Assembly (NCBI RefSeq): GCF_009914755.1
Contig: NC_060927.1
Length of the DNA: 64,000 nt
Strand: one strand, 5' to 3'
Source: the human T2T-CHM13v2.0 reference genome, Homo sapiens
Numbering within the stretch: the first letter of the stretch is position 1; each line of letters opens with the position of its first letter. The translations under genes were made by a program, and so were the position numbers. Under the pieces are notes generated by a model. That model was not told the DNA's origin, did no database searches, and saw only the letters and a list, made by a program, of their open reading frames with translations. Positions 57,164 to 64,000 of this stretch are shown one piece after another.

Positions 57164-58549
57164 ATTAAGTTACATTAAAAATGAAAGAACTATTTCAAGA
57201 ATTAAAGCTTCTAACTCTTGCTGTCTGCCTGAAATTGTAGTATATAAGATGTCAGCCCTACATCCTCTAACTACAGATGATGTAGGCAAATTAAGAGATA
57301 AATTAGGTAAATTTACTGCCAGTTGGATTGATGTGTGCTCATTGCTTGAGTTGCCAAATGTTTTTTGTGTTTGAGCTTTTCATTGATGTATTGTGTATCA
57401 TGTGTTTGATAAAAGGGGCATGTAGTTCTAATAATGATAAAATCCCATGATGTGGAACTCCAGGAATTTATAGTGTTGTGTTGAATTGGAATTTCATTTA
57501 GTTAAAATGTGCCCCGTGCTACTCCCAAACTTCAGAAGATACAGATTGTACCCAGCCCCTCTGTAATCATTGAAATCAAGGTTGCTGTGACAACACACAT
57601 CACCAACCCTTTCTTCTAACTGATATCTTTAGGTGAGTTTGGCAGGTTAGGTGGATTTTGTTTAGGACATGGGGAAAGACAAAGGAGTTAATTACTACTT
57701 CAAAGTAAGATAAAAATGACCAAAACTATGTTTTCTTCTCTCTGGCTGCTGAGTAATTGTCATTCAGTCACATGCCCAAGATTTGGGGTAAAAATTTTAA
57801 AGTCCTAGGTAGGATTACTCAATCTTGATAAATTTAAATGAGACTGCCTATTTCCATAGGTTCTCTAGCCTGGCATATTTTGTTTTATGATAAATGCTTA
57901 TTTAAAGGTGCCTCAGTGGAATTTTTCCTGTGATGCAGATAAATTGTGGTTACTCATTATCCAGGGCCCTTGATCACTTAGCCATTTATTAGGTTCTAGA
58001 ACAGCTTGGTGCTGATGGTCTCAGAGCCTCATAAAAAATAATTTCAGCAGTGAAAATCCTCAAATTACCTAACCTAGAAAATCAGTAGCAAAAGAAGGAA
58101 CAACAGGAAAAGGAACAGAGGCCAGGGTGAAGATGCTTCTAGGAGCCAGAATTGGAGATGAACTTTTCACATATACATTTCATCGTGGTAGCCAATTCAG
58201 TTTTGTGGGATTCTCTGTAAATTTTCCATCTTTTCTCATTTCTCTGAAGTCCAGCAGCCTTGTGCAATCTTGCCACATGCCCATTCCTGGCAGCCCCTGC
58301 TCTTCCCATCTTTCTCTGAAGAACACAACTGCCCTATTCTGTGCAAATGACCAGGCAGCACCTTTTAGCCCCAAGAAACCAGACACATCCTCAAGGAGAG
58401 GCCAGGGTCCTGGGGAGAGCATCTCGGATTTCATTTGTAGAACTATCCGGGAATTGATTTTGATTTGCCTTTCCTAAAGAGGCAAATGATGGTACTAAAA
58501 TTTGGTTTCTTCCTTCTAAGCCCATCATTTCACCATTTAGATTTTAGCT

Positions 58550-58987
58550 CAGAGGTTCCCACATTTTCTCAGTTCACAGTGCCCTTAATAGCTCAGTAAT
58601 TTTTTCATCCGTCCCCAAGCCAAAAGAAATACCTAATAATTTAGTTTATGAAGTAATTGCAAGACAACTTGAAAGTAGTTGTTTGTATGGTGGTCAGCAG
58701 ATGGCGCTGTGTTTCAAATTTAAAATACCCAGCAGTTAGCTGGATGATGTGGCAGGCAACTGTAGTCCACATGGACAGGCCGAATCCGCTACTCAGTAGG
58801 CTGGGGTGGGAAGATCACTTGAGCCTAGGAGTTCAAGGCCTGGATAGGGGAGTTGCTTGAGCCCAGGAGTTCAAGGCAACATAGTGAGACCCCCATCTGT
58901 TAAATACACACACACACAGAGGGGCAAAGGGAATAAATAAATATCCAGCAGTGCCCCAGGGTGCCTCAGCACACAGTTTGAGAACTG
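58550..58987. mobile_element. hAT-Charlie-like MER interrupted by a FLAM-like Alu (~58736-58900)
   Basis: Termini cagaggttcccaca...cagtttgagaactg; internal monomer with duplicated cttgagcc.aggagttcaaggc. Confidence 0.5.
58691..58709 (+). promoter_or_regulatory. CTCF-like motif TGGTCAGCAGATGGCGCTG
   Basis: 13/14 match to core CCASYAGRKGGCRS. Confidence 0.55.
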
Positions 58988-60686
58988 CGTCATTAATCCA
59001 CTTTCTAGATGCAGCATTCATGGTTTGGTCTTGTAACCTACTATTTTGATGGGAACCAAGTTGAGCCCACAATCAGAATTGCTCAGAAACTACACAGTCT
59101 GGAGTGTTTGAGGTCTTACTGTTAAGGGTTACATCTTTGATGACACCTACTGGATGGTTTTGCAGTAATCATGCTGCAGCCTAAAGTTCAGAGAATATGA
59201 GGGTGGTGGGAAATGATCACAGGGTGCTACTGTAGCTCTGAACTGCGTTGTCAGAAGGGTTTGTTGACCTGGTGGCCTTTTTCCTGAGCAGACTGTGAAA
59301 GGCCTGGCATCCTGATTGGCTCAAGGCAGGAGTTGATAGATGCAGGCTCCCACAGTACCTTAAAAAGGGGAAATATTTTTTGTAAGTCCTACAAGTACAA
59401 GGTTTTTATAAGTACAGCGTTCCAAGTACCTGGGCACTCTGGTTGGCTTCAGTTACAGCTCACACAGGCTGAGTCATCTCTGCCTATGTATCTATACAAG
59501 CCATTTCACATCCATAGTACCAATACTTTTAAGGTCAAAAACAAGATGAATCTGAATGGTGGCCTTTTTGTCCTCCACCAATCCCTGTTTCTACCTTCAT
59601 CAAACTACTCTGCTGTTTGCACTTCCTCACAACTTCCCTTGCTGCTTATATTTCTTTTTTCCCCTCAGGTGTCTCTCCTTCCCTTCTAACTGGCAGCAGC
59701 CCCCTTCACCTCAGGAGCGGGCTTTAGATCCGCTCTGCCAGGCAGCTTGCTAACTTCTGTGTAGCTCTCTGAAGCAGGTAGAGAAATGTTTTGCTAAATG
59801 CATGCCGCTCCCACTGCCTTTCTAGTCCTAACCCTCAATGTTCCTTAGTTGTTTGCCTTGTTTCCTACAATTTCAGCTAAAACTATTGCTCAGTATGCAG
59901 TATTATGCTACAGTGTCCCTTGCAAGTACTTGTTAGTTTGTGCAGTGCTTCTGAGATGTAATTAAATGTTTATGCAATGTTTAAAATAAACTCTAGAGGG
60001 CTAAAGCCATTAATATGCCCATAGGACACATCTCGATAAATGCTGGCGTATATGGCATTTTCATGCAATAGAAACTGTTAGAATCAAGGGAGAAATATAA
60101 GACTAAAATATCAGTACCCTTTCACATAGCATTCTTGTTTTAACCTATGACAGATGGATGTCCAGAGCCTTTTCTTTTTCAGAGTCCTTGGTTTAGCAAC
60201 CCTTGTTCGTTTGGTGTTACTTGTTATAATAGCATTTCTTTGCACCAAATGAAAATAGGTTAGTTTGAGTGTTGACAGAAGTGTTTATGTTGAATTTTGT
60301 CACATATGACTTTTGGATGAGCTGAGTGTAGAGTTTCTTTTGTCTGTCTGTTTCCATTTTTTCCATTCGACATAGTTCTTTTCAGTGCTCGGAATTTTTT
60401 GAAAGATTGAATTTCCCAAATGTAAGAAAGAAAATTTTATCCATATTTCCACACCAGTGTTACTGTCCAGCATACATTTTGAAATGATTTCTAGTCTATA
60501 GTGTAGGCAAACATGAAAATAGTACTATGTAGCTGTTTATTAAGGTATAGATGTAATTTAGGTAATTGAAATAGATGATTAGTTTTGTGTGATGGAGTGC
60601 CTGAGCAGGTTCTGACATTTTTATAAAGGTCAATGTTTTCACTTGACTGCTTTCTAGAGGTGTGTGTTTACCTTTCTCTCTTGCAG

Positions 60687-60793
60687 GACCTGGAGTTGCT
60701 GGCTACCTTACCGCAGGTACATCTACATCAGTCATGTCTAACCTGCCACCTCCTGTAGACCATGAGGCAGGCGACCTTGGCTATCAGACTTGA
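60687..60793 (+). CDS. DNAJC13: Exon 56 coding part [10 protein letters not shown]...DLGYQT*
   Basis: ttgcag|GA, stop TGA 60791-60793, in phase with exon 55. Confidence 0.95.
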
Positions 60794-61540
60794 AATATTC
60801 ACGAGAGACAATAAACGCTGAAAGGCCAGTGCCAAGTCCACATTCCTCCAGCTGATACGTTGAAGCAAACTCTTACTGCCTTTCTCCTGGTTTCATGACA
60901 GTGTTATTCCTTTTTCTATAAATATATTTTTAGGAAAAAAAGTCAGTGATCCTAATTGTATCACATTATAAGAAAGCACTCTGTGGATCAACATAAGTGG
61001 GTACACAAGAATTTTTTTTTTCTTGGTGTATGTAAGCACATTTGTTCCTTTATATCTGTTTACAAAACTGTGAATCAAAAAGACAAAACTTTCTTCCTAG
61101 TTTTTGTAATTTTTTTTTTGAACTAGCATGACTGTAGGGTTGAGCTACAGTCAACAAAAATTGGGCTAAGTCACTTTTCCCCAGGAAAGAATATTTCCCT
61201 CTCCTGCATCAAGTCTGCGTGGCCATCCTCCCCCCACCATCCAAGACTATTAGGTTTTGTCCCTGCACCCTTCACTGGCATCCTCAATCATTAACCTTCT
61301 GAAAGCTCACAGTACACATTAGTATGTATAACTGGCTTTACCAAATTGAATGAAAAGGAGCTTGTGCAAAAAAATTTAAAAATGGATGTCAAGATGTTAT
61401 GTAAAAGATGAGTGTAATTGTGAAATGTTCTATACACTATCAAATATATAAAGCTTTCTATATTGAATGTACATTATACAGATCATTCATATGTGTACAT
61501 AAAATTTTAAAAATAAAGGGAATTGACTGCTTTGTTAATG
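60794..61540 (+). other. DNAJC13: 3'UTR of DNAJC13 (end approximate)
   Basis: Repeat-free AU-rich segment between the stop and the distal AATAAA. Confidence 0.8.
61512..61517 (+). terminator. Main polyadenylation signal AATAAA
   Basis: AATAAA with upstream TGTA motifs (~61468, 61494) and downstream T/GT-rich tracts (ctttgtt, tttgttctagttt). Confidence 0.8.
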
Positions 61541-62329
61541 AGATATATTTGTTCTAGTTTAATCTTTCCGTTTGAAGACCTCATATATCTATCTTTATTT
61601 CTAAGACAGATGTAGTATTAAACAGACGTTATCTTACATTCGTAACTCTTCATATAGATGGCTGCATTAACATAATCTAATCATTCCTAACTTTAATATT
61701 TCAGCCACATCTAAGTTTCCAGACACAGCATCTCATTTATTTTTCATACAACATTCAGGAATGGGTCAGGCTGTTAATAATATGTGACATTAATTCTACT
61801 ATTTTTAAGAAGAGAAAATTAAATAGCCAGAAGATTTTTCAAGTAACAAATCTCAGCACATAGATTTTCTAGTGTGACCACAAACTACAAGAAAATATAA
61901 ACGTGGAGAATATAAACAAACAGTTCTTAAAGAATGGGGAAATACCCACACTTCCAAGTTTCCTTTCAAAGCAAGAACCAAGTTTATTCCACAGTTGATG
62001 TGTAAGAACAGCCAAAATGGAAACTTACTCCTATTCCAAATCACTAATTCAAACTTCTGCATCAAGTTTATCATCTCTAACAGATTATAGAGTAATATGT
62101 TAATGGAAGTATTTTAATATGTAACTAGGGTTTTAGTTTCTAGACAATAGTTGGGTATAAAAATGTGTTCACTAAAAAATTATAACAGCTAAATTGGGAT
62201 TAGGTATTTAGGAGAGCATAAATCAACATAGCAATGTTTTCTTTTAAATACTAAGAATATAAGTATTGTGAATACAATAGTTAAAGGCCCGTTAAATTAG
62301 TCTACAATCATTGATGTTTAGATGCCAAC

Positions 62330-62585
62330 AATACTTAACCTTTATTGAATATTTACTGTCTGCTAAGTATTGCATAATCTCATTTAATCCTCAGAACGAA
62401 CCTGTGGGCCAGTTAATCCTCAGAGCAAACCTGTTGGCCTGGTACTGATATAATTCCCATCTTCCAGGTGAAGAACATGAGGTTCAGATAAGTAAAGCAG
62501 CTTACTAAAAGTCACACAACTAGTAAGTAACAGAGTAAGAAATCAAAACTCTTATGTGACACTGAGGTCTGTATTCTGAGCCATA
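62330..62585 (-). mobile_element. MIR with internal ~29-bp tandem duplication
   Basis: tctcatttaatcctca...tgaggttcaga...gtcacacaactagtaagt; ttaatcctcag...aacctgt twice. Confidence 0.7.
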
Positions 62586-63651
62586 ATATGAAGACAACAG
62601 CAATGTCAGGCAAGTGTCTGTGATGGGGAAAGCTGAGTTTTGATCTTTGAGGGTGGAGGCTTTATCTGAGATTTAAGCATGAAGTCGTTTGCCTCAGTCC
62701 TGAGTTATAAAAGACAGCTTGAGCAGGGTAACAGGAAAGTATATATAGGACACCTGGAGGGGTGGGGGTTGTCTGGTATGGCTGGGGGATAAGGGTCCAG
62801 AGAGAACCCAGCCTGAGACCCAGGGAGGAGCCAGCTGGACGGTGTCCTAAGTGCCAAGCTGACGCATTAACATCAAACCTAATAGTGATTCAGGAATGAG
62901 ATCTGTATTTTAAAATAAACAGCAGTGTGGAATGATCACTTTGGTGCGTTTGTTGGGAGAGGGGCTGTTTAGAGGTAGCAAAACTCAGAGATACACTCTA
63001 GTAACCCACAGTCCATCTAAGGAGCAGTGCAGAGGCAGAACACTGGAAATGGGCAAGAGACCATGCCGGACCCTCGTCCGTCCACTGAGGATCATCACCA
63101 GATGCTCAGCTCAAGAATCCCTTTCAGTCTAGAACTTCTGTGATCCTTCTCATGCTTAAATTGTTCATTATATGATGAATATCGTGTAAATAAGCTTTAT
63201 TAGGATTTTGAGAAGAGCACTGTGAAAAAAAAGTTGCAGATAAACTTTCTTGCAACCTACTCTGACTAGGAATTTCACCGCCTCCTTGAGTTTTTGGGAA
63301 GGCATGGCCCTCCTTTTACTGGCCAGTAGCAGTGTGACCAAGGAAGGCAGACTTCTTTGTTTCCTTATCTATAAGGTTCATTCTGAGCCCATTCCTCAAA
63401 GGGGTGTTATGAGAATTAAATAGGGGTGTTATAAGGCCAAAAAAATCAAATTCATTCCCCTTGCAATAAGATAAAAACCAGTGGTTATGAGGAATTGGAT
63501 GTATGTGCTTTCTGTCCAATGAGTTATTAATTAGGTATTCTTTTAAAAGACTGAACTCCTTTTGCAATATGTAGTTGCATGGTCACATGTGTGCTCATGC
63601 CACTTTTGTGATGGGAGAGGGGAGGACAAGGACTTCGGGGAAGTTAGTCAT

Positions 63652-64000
63652 TAGGGACTAAATGGTTGTATCTTCCCCCAAAATTCATAGGGTGAGACCC
63701 TAACCCCCAGTGGTATTTGGAGATGGGGCCTCAGGGAGGTAATTAATTAGTGTTAGATGAGGTCATGAAGGTAGTGCCCTCATAATGGGGATAATACCTT
63801 AGACACCAGAGAGCCTACCTGTACCCCCAAATTCCCCCACTACCTCCTTTCCCGACACCTGACATTCTGCACCAAGAGGTCACGTAAGCACACTGGGAGC
63901 CACGTACAAGCCAAGAGAAGAGGCCTCAGAATGAAAGCTAACTTGCTGGCACATTGATCTTAAACTTCCCAGCCTCCAGAACTGTGAGAAATAAATTTGT
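63652..64000 (+). mobile_element. MLT1A/B-like MaLR LTR, truncated by the window end
   Basis: ccccaaaattcata...ccctaacccc...acttcccagcctccagaactgtgagaaataaat. Confidence 0.8.

Overview
Eukaryotic (hominoid, most likely human) genomic DNA, AT-rich and Alu/L1/MIR-rich. The + strand carries the last 34 exons of DNAJC13 (RME-8, endosomal J-domain co-chaperone). All junctions are GT-AG, and the exons splice by hand into one uninterrupted 4287-nt frame (1428 aa + TGA at 60791-60793). Counting back from the recalled 2243-aa length puts the first residue at V816 and lands N855, position 1463, P1515/R1516 and L2170 on the expected residues, so these are most likely exons 23-56. A ~740-nt 3'UTR ends after AATAAA at 61512. 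The rest is intronic or intergenic transposon fossils; short ORFs outside the exons are Alu/L1/Tigger noise. I see no new multi-gene system. The most unusual feature is a ~95% identical copy of the 3' part of exon 41 plus its splice donor pasted inside an Alu 1.9 kb upstream, with donor +1 and +5 both mutated. Also notable: two more short local duplications, two template-switch-like quasi-palindromes, a candidate cryptic/alternative last exon, a CTCF-like motif in a DNA transposon, a four-element nested insertion, and two AluY copies sharing non-consensus bases. Repeat family names are from remembered consensi; boundaries of old repeats are approximate.
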